Part shown: positions 14,193 through 27,302 of the stretch, in pieces
How positions within the stretch are numbered: the first letter of the stretch is position 1
How the letters are laid out: each line of letters opens with the position of its first letter
Origin: Octopus sinensis
Taxonomy: Eukaryota
Assembly (NCBI RefSeq): GCF_006345805.1
Contig: NC_043001.1
Span: 68,448,001 to 68,512,000 of the forward strand
Direction of reading: 5' to 3'
DNA: 64,000 nucleotides
Made by a program: the position numbers and the translations under genes
Notes under the pieces: generated by a model
What the model saw: only the letters and a program-made list of their open reading frames with translations
Database searches by the model: none
Told to the model about the DNA's origin: nothing

Positions 14193-14483
14193 AACTGTCA
14201 ACGGACCTTATACGACTTCACTAATTCACTGATCCTTTAATCATGGAATTACCTGATACTGATGATTACTAATATCCTCAATTAAGCCCTGTCTTTCTAT
14301 ACTGTTAATCGCTATCCCTCAGGTGACAAACATGCATATACGTAACTGCCAACGGACTTAAAACGACTTTATTAAATCTATGACTTAATTCATTAACTCT
14401 TTAATCATGAGATTACCTAATATAGTTGCCTCTCATTCTAACTAATGTCTACTAATATCCTCAATTAAGGATCTGTCTTTCTA
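14193..14483. repeat. Diverged local tandem duplication (~150-bp period)
   Basis: AACTGTCAACGGACCTTA...TACTAATATCCTCAATTAAG...CTGTCTTTCTA recurs at 14193 and 14344. Confidence 0.7.
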
Positions 14484-14737
14484 GTCAGTTTTACCTCGAT
14501 CTCTTCTATAATGGAATACTTGGGTGACGTGAATTCGTTCACATTAACATGATGCAGCTGCTCAGATATTCCAGAAATAGTTGTAAGATACCTTACTCAT
14601 CTACGCTTTATTTATGCTTTACTTGTATCCTTTATTATGAAGTAGATATCCTCAAGTGACACCAAAATGCCTTGTTAGTCTTCAATTTTGATACACACAC
14701 ACACGCGCGCATACACACACACGCACGTACACACACA

Positions 14738-14769
<32 letters not shown>

Positions 14770-14865
14770 TACGCACACGTTATAAACAAAGTTTGGAAAC
14801 ATCCAATTTAGCAGAGAAATATTTACTTTCTTTTGTGTAAAATATATATATTTATAGTAAAATAA

Positions 14866-14943
<78 letters not shown>

Positions 14944-16659
14944 ACACTGAATGATAAAAAGTGCTCAGTACATGTTGCGGAATGTATTGTTAAAAAACGG
15001 AATGTTTGTCTCGCAACTTGAGTTTCATGTCCTTTCGATCTTCAGAGGAGTACAGTTACAGTTGGTGATGTAATTAGATTTGTTGGTGTAGGTGTGGTCT
15101 CATTGGTTTGCAATTTGCTATTTTTGGTTGATTGTTTTATTTTATTTTGTGTCCTGTTGTTTACTTGCATTTTAATCTATTTTGTTATTGTATGTTTTGT
15201 CTAATTTTATTGGGTGGGTTGTGTATTTACTGACTTTATCTGTTAATGTCATTGAATCTGTTATAATATCTTTTTGGATCGCCTCGAAATAAACAGACAT
15301 AAAAGTTTTGAATAAAAACAATTTACATTAAATTTCTTCTATAAAGAAGCCATTCAATTCTTTATTCTTGACCAAACAAAACATTAATCACATTAACAAA
15401 AGCCTATCAACCATGAAATACCTTTCAGAATATGAGAAGCTTCTACAGCCCATACCTTTAATTTAATATAAATTCTCAAAGATTACACGAATACATAAAA
15501 AAGAACAAGGCTCTAATATTTCTTAAATTTAATGAATACAATGTTCTAGCAATGCATCAACATTTGCAAACACAACACGATAAACGCGAATACAAACTCA
15601 ACCCAATCAGAATGCCATGAGATGTAAGCAAATACAATATTATTCTCCACACCATTTTCCTTTATCTTTTTTAGTTTCAGTGTCTTTCCTCTCTTTAAAA
15701 CAAAACATTATTCTTCTTCGAATTCTGTTGGGAATTGATCAATTTGGAACAATTAAAATCTTTTAAAAGAGTCGACCATCGCCACTTAGGTGTCCTAGAA
15801 GTGACCTGTTTTAGACCTGTTTTCAGAGGATGATTCACAACAGTACACCGCGGCATCTGCTTAGTGACCAAAGGGAAAGGCCATCTCTTGGAGCCATTTC
15901 ATATTGCGCTCTTGATGTGTCACGTGAAACTTCTTTCCCTGTACATAATGACACTCTATTCATTGCATCAAAAGCGAGAATTGTTGAGAGGTACTCTTTT
16001 TAAACTGGGACCTAGGAGAGCTGTCTAGGAGCACACAGAAAACATAACAGTGTTGGATATTGCAGAAGTAAATTTAGTTAGAACATTTCTAAAAGTATAC
16101 AAGGTGGTAGTAAGTAGAAAATATAATCTGGAAAATACAGTCGGTTTACGATTCGGTACGTGGAGAAGGAGGCACAAGCAGCCAAAATTCTGGTTATGGC
16201 GAGTGAAACATCTTTTAGATCCAGTATTAGAAATAAATGAGGAAACTCTTCATACCCTAATAGGTAGTATTGCATGTTCATTGTGCTATGAGGAAGATAT
16301 ACAGATGAAAATTCAAGAATGAGTGGTGAAAACAGAAAAGGGGGAAAAAAAGAATGAAATCACAGAAACAAAAGACAACATAAAATAAGGAAAATAGGTG
16401 AAGAGGAACAATATTTTCCAAAAGACAATGGCATCCCTTTTCAGGCAACTGAAGAAGAAAATGAACTAAGAGTCAATGTTTGAAAATCCAAGAAGCAACT
16501 AATAGATAAAATTGCACATATCTGATACCAAGGCTTTTTCAAAAACGTTACAGTGATATAAATTCAGTTAGGCTCAGAATCTAAACAGCATGCAGGACAT
16601 AGGTTATTAGCACAAGTAAAACTTTACTTCGAACTTAAACGAGATTACCCTCATAATCC

Positions 16660-16860
16660 TCTCTACGATAGGCACAAGGCTCGAAATTTTGGTGCAAACG
16701 GGACTAATCGATTACATTGACTCCAGTACACAACCAATATATATTTTAATGACCCTGAAAGGAAAAAGGCAATTTCAACCTCTGCAGAATTTGAACTCAG
16801 AACATGAATCAGAAGAAATGCTGCTAAGCATTATTGTTCTGCATGCTAACGATTTCGCCT
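16660..16860 (-). mobile_element. SINE family B, diverged
   Basis: ATAGGCACAAGGCTCGAAATTTTGG tail and GAATTTGAACTCAGAAC...GCTAAGCATT...GCTAACGATT head, matching 10096-10474. Confidence 0.7.
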
Positions 16861-17039
16861 TGACTATCACCGTAATGGTGTTTTTTCTCAAAAAATGGAA
16901 TCAATAAAATAAAATAGCAGTAAAGAAGGTGGGTCGACTAATTTTCTCCCTTTAAAAATTGCTGGCCTCGTGTCTAAATTAGAACCGATTATTATTATTA
17001 CTTTTATTCGAGCTCAGTGAATTTGAAGTGTCTCCAGAA

Positions 17040-17330
17040 TGGCGGGGAAAAGATTTGCAGTATTTATTCATGAGCTCTACGTTCTGAATTCAAATTCTAG
17101 CGAGGCTAACATTGCTTTACGTTTGTTTGGCTTCGGTAAAATGAAGTTCAACATAAGTACAGAGTTGGACGTAATTCACTTGCCCTCTCTCTTCAAATTT
17201 GATGTCCCATATATATTTGGGTTCGATAAAGTGAGTACCAGTCAACTTCTGCATTAGATATAACCATATATGAACTTACCCTCTACGTTTAAAAATCACT
17301 GTTGCTTTGTACATCAGTTAGAAAGCAATA
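17040..17330 (+). mobile_element. SINE family B, diverged
   Basis: CTACGTTCTGAATTCAAATTC B-box and GGGTTCGATAAAGTGAGTACCAGT core. Confidence 0.55.
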
Positions 17331-18067
17331 ATGTTTTTATTTGAAATCTTGTGATTTTCATGTAATATTTTCGTTTTTTAAATTTCATTCATGAACACAT
17401 TACATATAGAAATTCTTTTAAAAAATGTATTACTTTTATTTAAACTTATGTCACTTATTTTATATTTTTAAAAAAAGATTTTTGATAGTTCAGCATTTTA
17501 TTTTAACCGTTTGACGTCGAGAAAAAAAAAAGGTAAAAACATAAGTGAACACCAACAAAATTTTAAAAAAATATATCTTAATTATATATCCTTTGTCAGA
17601 AATGTTTCGTTTGTTACAGAAAAAACAGATTTAATTTTATCAATAAATGAGGAGGTAAAAAAAAAGCCGTAAATGCAGTAAAAAATATCGTCTTACGTGC
17701 CAAGTTATGAAAAATGTAAAGTTACATATAATATCAACTAAACTTTACCATTAAAAGAAAACTTCAAACTTTCAGAAAACGTATAAAACAAAATAACATC
17801 TAACCTTATGAGAGACACAAGTGAAGAATAATAAAATATTTATTATAAAATCTTTCTATTTTTTTTGGTTAAGTCTTCATGCCATAAGGAATCAAAGAAT
17901 TGTTCCATTTGAATTTACAGACATTTATATAATATTTATAGTTATTCTATCAAAGGTGTGCATGTACTTGTCTGAAATGCTGGTGCCTGGTTTCTTTTAG
18001 CTGTATTGTGATTGGACATGAATGTGAAATACGTACGTATTAATATATTTGAACGTGCGTATAAATT

Positions 18068-18131
<64 letters not shown>

Positions 18132-18146
18132 TATATATATGCACAT

Positions 18147-18186
<40 letters not shown>

Positions 18187-18191
18187 CATAC

Positions 18192-18234
<43 letters not shown>

Positions 18235-18238
<4 letters not shown>

Positions 18239-18895
18239 GAGGGCATTATACACATAAATGCCTCACACTAAGAGGGACATAAGTCATTACTACCAAAAAA
18301 TTTCACCAATGCAGTTTTTCAAAGCAACACATTTAAAAAATGAATTTAGTCCTATATCACCTGTGATTTCGCACTCACCGCATAAAAAATGCGTCCATGC
18401 TCATCGGTAGAACTGATTCTGACACATCATGAATAAACGACCAACACCGTCGAAGCCGAACAGGCAACTGCTCTCTCCAACGAAGCACATGGAGATGTTT
18501 ATAAATCATATATTCGGTAAATGGCGGGCTTCGACGGTGTTGGTCGTTTATTCATGATGTGTTCAGAATCAATTCTACCGATGAGCATGGACGCATTTTT
18601 TATGCGGTGAGTGCGAAATCACAGGTGATATAGGACTAAATTCATTTTTTAAATGTGTTGCTTTGAAAAACTGCATTGGGTATGATTAGTGAAATTTTTT
18701 GGTCGTAATGACTTATGTCCCTCTTAGTGTGAGGCATTTATGTGTAATAATGCCCTCTATATAATATAAATTAATATGTTCAAAAGAAAAAAATTATTTT
18801 CGAATTTTTTCTCTTATGAGGTTTTTCACGCTAACTACCTGATAATTTCTTTTTAAGATTCCTTATTAAGAAGTTATCCTTAATTGCTAAATATA
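18235..18895. mobile_element. Fold-back PLE-type non-coding element with two opposed hammerheads
   Basis: Near-perfect ~225-bp inverted arms (~18235-18457 and ~18528-18762). The tail 18720-18895 is shared with 42465-42595, 42925-43080 and 59995-60160(-). Flanked by (TA)n on both sides. Confidence 0.8.
18573..18635 (+). ncRNA. Type I hammerhead motif (C4 core variant); mirror copy at 18350-18412(-)
   Basis: UUCUA-CCGAUGA-GCAU..GCAU(U5)AUGC..GUGC-GAAA-UCACAGGUGA-UA-UAGGA. All three stems can pair; cleavage triplet AUA. Confidence 0.7.
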
Positions 18896-18900
18896 TATAT

Positions 18901-18960
<60 letters not shown>

Positions 18961-19016
18961 TATATACACACATATATATATGTATGTGCATATATGTAAT
19001 TATTTATGTGTATAGT

Positions 19017-19225
19017 ATCGGTTTCAAATTTTGGCAGAAGATCAGAAAATTTGAGGGAAGGGGAAGTCGACTACATCGTCTCCAGTGCTCAAATGGTGCT
19101 TATTTTATCGACCCCAAAAGGCAAAATCGATCCCGGTGGATTTTTGAGCTCAGAACATAAAGACGAGCGAAATGGCGCTAAGTATTTTGCCCAGAGTTCT
19201 AACAACTTTGTCGGTTTGCTGCTCC
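19017..19225 (-). mobile_element. SINE family B, diverged
   Basis: AAATTTTGG...GTCGACTACATCG...CTTATTTTATCGACCCC...GAGCTCAGAAC...CGCTAAGTATTTTGCCC, matching 10096-10474. Confidence 0.75.
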
Positions 19226-19357
19226 ATTTATGGATTTAATATTAGTTCTTCATATACAGATTACCATTCGTTTTATACTAGGAGCTGATCTTAAGCAGGT
19301 CTGTATAGAAAAGTCTTACAACATTCGGATGACTCTAAATAAGAAATTATACATATA

Positions 19358-19764
19358 GGCGCAGGAGTGGCTGTGTGGTAAGTAGCTTGCTAACCAACCA
19401 CATGGTTCTGGGTTCAATCCCACTGCGTGGCATCTTGGGCAAGTGTCTTCTGCTATAGCCCCGGGCCGACCAATGCCTTGTGAGTGGATTTGGTAGACGG
19501 AAACTGAAAGAAGCCTGTCGTATATATGTATATATATATATGTATGTGTGTGTTTGTGTGTCTGTGTTTGTCCCCCTAGCATTGCTTGACAACCAATGCT
19601 GGTGTGTTTACGTCCCCGTCACTTAGCGGTTTGGCAAAAAGAGACCGATAGAATAAGTACTGGGCTTACAAAGAATAAGTCCCGGGGTCGATTTGCTCGA
19701 CTAAAGGCGGTGCTCCAGCATGGCCGCAGTCAAATGACTGAAACAAATAAAAGAGTAAAAGAGT
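19358..19764 (+). mobile_element. tRNA-derived SINE family A, full length (octopus-type)
   Basis: A box TGGCTGTGTGG, B box GGTTCAATCCC, central (TA/TG)n and (AAAAGAGT)n tail. Many copies in the window. Confidence 0.92.
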
Positions 19765-19971
19765 ATATGCTATATGACTTACACTGAAATTTTGTTTAAT
19801 GTGAGAAAGTCTGTGACATAGCCAAGTCGAAATTAATTTCCATGTAGTGAAGAACTGGCCGAGTCAAAAATGTAACTCTGTTATGAACTTAGTTATAAAA
19901 TTTTCTATTGCATTTTGCGTAATAAAAAAAGCAAAGTGATTACAAAATTAATCAAAAAGTGGTCTCTAATA

Positions 19972-20276
19972 GAAATATTAATATTTCTAAATCTCTCTAA
20001 AGGAGACTACGGCAGCGGTACTGGATATTAATAGTTATCGCCAAGCTAACATGGCAGTCCAGGAAAATAGGACGAATGCTGCCGTTGATTAGCTCCAAGA
20101 CGCCATCGCCTCTAGCTAGCTATGTAACACACTACCTCCCCTGTTCGAAGGTTGTAATGGACACAGGTTCGTGTGTCACATAGCTAGCTAAAGGCGATGG
20201 CTTCTTGGAGCTATCAACGGCAGCATTCGTCCTATTTTCCTGGACTGCCATATTAACTTGGCAATAACTATTAATA
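19972..20276. mobile_element. Fold-back PLE-type element with 12-bp target-site duplication
   Basis: Inverted arms ~20025-20131 and ~20170-20276. Direct repeat TGGTCTCTAATA at 19960-19971 and 20277-20288. Homologous to 59361-59953. Confidence 0.8.
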
Positions 20277-21559
20277 TGGTCTCTAATATTTTTCTTAAGA
20301 TGTTCTAAATTTGGTTCTACATGTAATGTAATACTATTCAGAAAGGGAAAAATGGTTAGAAGGGATTTGAGGAACCAGAAAACTTGGGTAAAATGAAATC
20401 GAAGCAGTGAAAAGACAGAACGAAAGAAAGTTGACAATTGATTTACGTCGACATGCGCGGGTGAAATCAATCTTTTGGGGGACTGGCGGTTGTCCATGTA
20501 TTCATGGCTCCTTTTAAACGCCATTGACGTTGTCCATGAAAAGGGTGCAAACTTGGGCTAATGCAACGTAGCACCTGATCAATCTCAGGCGTTCTTGCCG
20601 GAACACAAATGGTCGAATCAGTTATTTTTCTAAATATTCTGACAGTCTTTATTAGCTCCGAGACGATGAGAGGCAACGCTGATCTCGGCCGTACTTGAAC
20701 TTACAGTGCTGAGAATAGCAACATATATCACGATATTTTATATGAAACACCGTAAAACTCTCTCAATTTGCCATGTTAAACGTATAGATACTTACTGAAA
20801 TATAAGGCTATACGAAGGCAAACGTGCGCACACACACCGATACACACATATACACAAATATATCCATATCTCATACAATGTATTTATATCTCATAATAAA
20901 ATGTAAAACATATTTAATCATCAACACATTTTAGTGAAATCCTTTCATTATGTATATGTAATAGTATATTGAATGTACGTGTGCATGTACATATAGATAC
21001 AAGCATAGTTATATAGCTGTAATCATGTATATAGTTTATGCAACCCTATACGTGTGTATGTATTTGAATGTATATATATATATAATATCTAGATATGTAC
21101 ATATAAACATATGCATATATACATGTATATGTATTTACACACACACACATACACATAATGTGTTAAATATACATTATTGACTGTCGTTTTACGCCGCAGT
21201 TACTCATTTTAAATAGCAAAAAATTATATTTCCATTTTACTTTTCTTACTATATTTATTAAATTCACTTTTACCGTATCTTTTTAAAAATTCTACTTCTA
21301 TAGATTTGAATAAATGTTTTTCGGCAGCGAACAGTTTGCATAGGAAAAAAAATTACTACTCGGTTTAATTTAAACATATTGAGACGAGATCTGAGGTCAG
21401 TAGTGAACAGTGATTTTTGGATGTTAGGTACAAATACGTAAGTCTGGTGTAATAAATAGAATGATGCAGTAACTGATATTATGTAACATGTATAGTTACG
21501 TAATAGTAATGCGATATAATACGTGTGTACTTGTTATAATCACTTTGAAGTTATATGTA

Positions 21560-21590
<31 letters not shown>

Positions 21591-21790
21591 CAAACATATC
21601 CGCTTCCAACCACAGGCAAACACTCAGATACAGACACACAGACATTTAGCCACAAAAATGCATATATGTGTACTAGTGTGAGTATGTGTGTGTATTTTGT
21701 GGTATCTCAAAAGGGTCCGGATGCCAATAATAAATACATGCACTGGTTGTATTTCATTTCTTTCATTATCATCATCATCATCATCATTAT

Positions 21791-21828
<38 letters not shown>

Positions 21829-21831
21829 TTA

Positions 21832-21896
<65 letters not shown>

Positions 21897-22387
21897 GAGT
21901 GAAAGAGCAGTTCATGCCATCAAAGTGACACTGGGGTAAAATATACGAAGCCCAATATACCCATCATGACTACCCGTCTGATAAGGGTACACCAGGCACA
22001 TGCATCACAGCCATATGTGCGCGACATGGTGATCCCATATCAAGATAAACAGCACATGACCTTGCAGGTGGGGCCCAGTTAGAAATTTCTTCTAGTCGAG
22101 TAGCCCGTCCCGCTCAAAAGGTCCCTGAATAAGGGTTGTTTAAGGATGTTGAAAGAACCACCCATGTTTCCAGAGGTGAATTATTCAAACCCCAAAGAAT
22201 CCCTCTCAACACATGGCTATGATGCTCCCCCACTACTTCTGCTCGTGATCAGAGATGCACATATCGTCAGCCACTAAGGGACATGCTCAACTGGTTAAGG
22301 TCAAACAACTGACAAGCAAATATGTGGTATTGAGCAGAGACTGGGGTAAAATATGCGAAGCCCAGTATACCCATCATGACTACCCGC
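21897..22387 (-). mobile_element. Non-coding retroposon with (AAT)n 3' tail
   Basis: Minus strand ends ...GCTCTTTCACTC-(AAT)n. Segment 21930-21977 recurs at 22340-22387. No ORF. Confidence 0.55.
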
Positions 22388-22434
22388 AAACGATCAGCGT
22401 TAAAAACTTTAATATCTGGGGATACCTGACCTTT

Positions 22435-22750
22435 CGAAAATGTAAACATCCATTATATTCTAAGAACACTGCAGTTTTCTCTAATCGGACATACAAAAGA
22501 TCATCTTTAGTGAATTTTAAAACTTTAATATCTACAATTTTGTGTGAAAATTTTACCCGCCTCTTCTTTCCTTTCCTTTCTCCCTGAGTATTCAAAAATG
22601 TAAACATCCTTTTTATTGCAAAAACACAACAGTCTTTTCTGATCGGACATACAAACGAACATCTCTAGAAAATTTAAAAATCTATATTATCTACAATTTT
22701 GTCTGAAAGTTTCATCTTTCTTTTCTCCCTGTCTGCCCGAATATGTAAAC
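22435..22750. repeat. Diverged tandem repeat (~157-bp unit, ~2 copies)
   Basis: AAAATGTAAACATCC...ATCGGACATACAAA...ATATCTACAATTTTGT recurs. Confidence 0.7.
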
Positions 22751-23140
22751 ATACTTTTATGTATATTTTTTGTGCATATGTATGTAGGCAAAAGGATATG
22801 AAAGTAAACAGGTAGACATACAGACGGATAGGTACATAGGTAATATGAACAGACAAGCACACATACACACATACGTACGCCAATGAAGACTTAAACACAT
22901 GATCATATATATACACTCTTCGCTTCATACACGGACACATATGGAGACACATATCCACACATATGGAGATACGCATTCATACAAACGTATACATATATAT
23001 ACATATATGCATACACACACATACATACATGAATACACACATGTATGCATAGATACATACATCATACATACATGCATACATATGTATGCGCACATACACT
23101 GACTCACACACATGTATATATATATATATATATATATATA

Positions 23141-23526
23141 GGAGTGGGTGTGTGGTAAGTAACTTGATTACCAGCCACATAGTTCCGGGTACAGTGCCAC
23201 TGCTTGGCACCTTGGCCAAGTGTCTTCTACTATAGCCTCGGGCCGAATAAAGCCTTGTGAGTAGATTTGGTAGACGGAAAACTGAAAGAAGCTCGTCGTA
23301 TATACATATATGTGTGTTTGTGTGTCTGTGTTTGTCTAACCACCATCGCTTGACAACCGATGTTGGTGTCTTTACGTCCCCGTAACTTGGCGGTTCGGCA
23401 AAAATACCCGATAGAATAAGTACAAGGGTTACAAAGAATAAGTCCTGGGGTCAATTTCTTCGACTAAAGGCGGTGCTCCAGCATGGACGCAGTCAAAATG
23501 ACTGAAGCAGATAAAAGAATAAAGGA

Positions 23527-23528
<2 letters not shown>
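23141..23528 (+). mobile_element. SINE family A
   Basis: Aligns with 19358-19764. Confidence 0.9.
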
Positions 23529-23611
<83 letters not shown>

Positions 23612-24753
23612 TATATATATATATATATATATATATATGGATATATATGTGTATATATGAATAAAATCAAAATAAGCAACAGGATATCAAGAGGTGATAC
23701 AGTACGACCGTTTCAAGCGGCTCTATATTTAATTGTACGTTACATGAATTTAAATGCAGTGCTATCCCATCTGCATAAATAGAGTTTATAATCAGTTGGA
23801 CACATAAATATAATTTTACTCAAATTCTCTAGTAGAGCAAGAAGAGGGAAATACATTTTTAATATCCTTTGCCGCCACTACAACTTTGCTTTGTCTAAGG
23901 CAGGATACGACAGAGGAGATATTTTTCTTACTCCTGAAAGTATAACACCTAATTATAGTGAAAATAATGAGATTTTAATTGATAGGTGGAATTTAAACTT
24001 TCTTAGTCGGGAAAACCTATCGACTTGAAAAGCATCCAGCAAACCCATGAATTTAAATAAAAAATATGCAACAACAGGAAATTAGATGCTATAACAAGTA
24101 GGAATTTTAGTTTAGAAAATAAGGGTAGTGAAGGGAATCGACAGGTTGCTCTACCCTATAAGGATAAGAAAAATACTGGTAATAGAGACATTCCTAATAA
24201 TCAAGTCACGATTTTGAGAGGCGTTGAGAGATCAGGTAGATTCCGCCCTTACATGCGTCGTAAGTCTGAAATATAAGGTCTTGATTTGGTATAATGTTCT
24301 CTTCAACTGCGCCATATTCATAAACATATATAGGAAATTTATGACAATTTTAGAAAAAAATTCCCTGCTTCCCATAGAGATTACAGAATTTTTTCCACTA
24401 AGACAGTTAGAATCTCATATTCTACTCTCCCCAATATGGGTACCATCATAGCAAGGTTAAATAGAAGGAATATTAAATTAGCAAGAGTTGGTAATAATAA
24501 TAATAGTGTTACTGTCAACGCTAACTTAAACCCCCTACAATATGAATAATAATATTAATGGTGTGACGTAGAAAATAGAAACAGTGGTACTAACGCTTCT
24601 AATATATACAATATAGACTGTAGCTCTGTGGTCTATACTAGCACAGAGACTACTGATACACCTGATGATGCTGAGATGAATGTGAATGATAATACAATTG
24701 AAGGATGGAGAGGTAATATCAGAAATGAAAATAACACATAGAATAGTAGTAGG

Positions 24754-24814
<61 letters not shown>

Positions 24815-24820
<6 letters not shown>

Positions 24821-24960
24821 ATTCACTAGTACAACACAAAAACCCCCAAATATATGGCATACTAGGCATAACAACATGAACTTCCAACCTGTTGTCTCTT
24901 GAGGTATCTGGGTGAGACTTGGAGTCAACTTGTACAAATATAAAGCAAAAGTCTAACAAA
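24815..24960 (+). mobile_element. Probable R4/Dong-type LINE 3' tail in (TAA)n
   Basis: Short unique segment (GTCTCTTGAGGTATCTGGGTGAGACTTGGA...AAAGCAAAAGTC) embedded between (TAA)n and (TAC/TAA)n. Confidence 0.35.
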
Positions 24961-25058
<98 letters not shown>

Positions 25059-25258
25059 ATAATAATAATAATATAATAATAATAATAATAATATTGATAA
25101 TAATAATAATAATGGCATGAATATCAATAACATCAATCGTAGTAATTCTCCTAGTTGCAACTGTAGAGTTAAATCCCAAGGTTTGTTATTAGGCCGATGT
25201 CTAATCTAAAACGTAATCTATAAGTGTACAATCACAACTTATCTAGTAACTTTGTATA

Positions 25259-26887
25259 CAGTGGCGGCCAAAATGTTCAGAACAGCATTGTTTTCGTCAG
25301 AAAAGTAGATATAATTTTTTATCACAGTTGTTTTATATTCTATAATTTTCACAGACAATAAATACGATATTATTCGTTATTGCCTGAGATTTTGGTGTAA
25401 TTTGAGAGGATAATACAAAAGTTATGGATGATTTAGTGATTTACTGCAAAACCCATGGCGGCCAAAATGATCAGAACGGTTGCTTTTACTCCGTGTTTTA
25501 GTATATTTAACCGGCGAACTCTAATGTTTTGAATTTGTTTACGTGACGGTTCGTTTACTAAACATTAGTAAGAATATTTGAAGTGTACTTTGTTAATATA
25601 ATGCCACTTACTCCGTTACCAATTCGTCAGCAGATTATTAAGCTTCGAAGGAAGGATAATTTAAGTATTGGATCTATTGCAAAGATTGTTAACAAGTCAA
25701 ATGTGTTGTACACGGTATTCTTAAGGTCTACGATGATTGTGGTTCATGTGAATCAAGAAAGTTTACAGGTAGGCCAAGAAAAACGACCAAGAGAGTAGAT
25801 CGTGCTATGGTAAAGTTGATTAAAAAGGACAGATTTAAAACTGCTTCTGCTGTTTCTCGGAAAATGAGCATTGTATTGAAGAAAACTTTCTCTCGAAAAA
25901 CTGTGTCTCGTCGTTTAGTTGAACATGACCTACAAGCAAGAGCACCTGCAGTGAAGCCACTGATCAGCTCCAAGAATAAAAAAGTGTCGTCTTACCTTTG
26001 CAACCGAACATGTGTTGTGGTCTCAAGAAAAATGGCAAACGGTACATTTCAGTGATGAATCTAAGTTTATGTTATTTGGCTCAGATGGGAAAAGGTACGT
26101 TCGTAGAAAAGTAGGTGAAAAATTGTCGCCTAAATGCCTTAAGACTAGTGTTAAATTCGGTGGAGGAAGTGTCATGGTTTGGGGGATGATATCTGGAGAT
26201 GGTGTGGGCCCTTTGGTGCGATTACATGGAAAGGTAAATGCAGGAGTTTATAAACAACTTGTAAAAGATCATGTCTTGCCTGTGCTGAGAAATTCAACTA
26301 AGCGACCACCCATATTCATGCAGGACAATGCTCCATGTCACAAGGCTAAGGTGGTCATGAACTTCCTCAAGGCTGAAAAGGTTATTGTTATGGATTGGCT
26401 TGCTCAAAGCCCAGATCTCAATCCTATTGAAAATGTATGGAATATTCTAGGAGAGCGTTCGAAAGCCAGAAATACTAAAACAACTGAGCAATTATGGAAT
26501 GCCTTTCAGGAAGAATGGAATAAGATCACCCAGCAAGAAATTGAAAATTTAATTTCCTCGTGCAGTCAAAGATGTCAGAGTGTGATTGAAGCTAAAGGGC
26601 TTCACACTAAATATTAAATAATTCCAGTATTCTCTGTCATTTTTGATTATTTTGTTATTTTTTCAACCATTCTGATCATTTTGGCCGCCATGGGTTTTGC
26701 AGTAAATCACTAAATCATCCATAACGTTTGTATTATCCTCTTAAAAGACACCAAAATCTCAGACAATAACAATTAACATTGTATTTATTGTCTGTGAAAA
26801 TTATAGAATATAAAACTACTTTGATAAAAACTTATACTTACTTTTCTGACGAAAACAATGCCGTTCTGAACATTTTGGCCGCAACTG
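25259..26887 (+). mobile_element. Full-length Tc1-like transposon, IR/DR type, TA TSD
   Basis: ~224-bp TIRs (25259-25482 and 26663-26887), each with a direct repeat TGGCGGCCAAAATG(T/A)TCAGAAC at both ends. TA at 25257-58 and 26888-89. Confidence 0.95.
25601..26617 (+). pseudogene. Tc1 DD34E transposase, two frameshifts
   Basis: HTH N-terminus in ORFs 25583 and 25807. Catalytic domain is open in 26012-26617: VHFSDESKF, GGGSVMVWG, FMQDNAPCH, then 34 residues to E in SPDLNPIENVW. Confidence 0.93.
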
Positions 26888-27302
26888 TATATAGGATGTT
26901 CAATAAATATGAAAAAAACGTATTAATAGCCATTTTTCATATTTTAGGCTCAAACATAAAGCTAATTGTGTATCCCTATCTAGGAAGATTTAGGAACTAA
27001 TGGAACGCAGAATCGAATTTAGCCTTAAATGGGATATTATAAGGAAAGCGCAGCCTTAGAGAGATAGTCGATACGGGTGCGAGCTGTACTCTATGGAAAC
27101 TTATGAAATTTTTAAATATAGGGACAAGAACAACCTGATTAATAATAGATTAGACCTAAGGATTCATGCGTACATAGGGTCACCCGAACATTTAAATATT
27201 TTCGAAATTAGCGCTTAAATGTGCTACACTTGAACTTGGATATGGGAAATTAATTTTTAGTGCCATATCTGATGTGAACTTACCCCCTAGTATTATATAT
27301 AA

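Larger units (their letters stand above)
23820..27200 (+). mobile_element. Degenerate Penelope-like element interrupted by microsatellites, a LINE tail and Tc1
   Basis: HYNFALSKAGY (~23880); LIWYNVLFN...RKFMTILEK/FPASHRDYRIFSTKTVRISYSTLPNM (24270-24450); NVIYKC...FVY|IGCS...RINSHFSYFR...LKWDII...CELYSMETYEI...LINNR (GIY-YIG split by Tc1). A decayed inverted HHR half lies upstream at 23696-23795(-). Confidence 0.8.

Noticed and set aside
15008-15052. Minus-strand CUGAAGA...GAAACUCAAGUU hammerhead candidate
   Set aside because: Stems I and II do not pair convincingly.
16000-16500. Possible ORF1 remnant (also 44450-45000)
   Set aside because: Only vague similarity (TVGLRFGT, LETEKEA) to the ORF1 at 52124-53806; no diagnostic motif.
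19358-19430. tRNA gene
   Set aside because: The A/B boxes belong to a SINE head; no full cloverleaf, and it continues into the SINE body.
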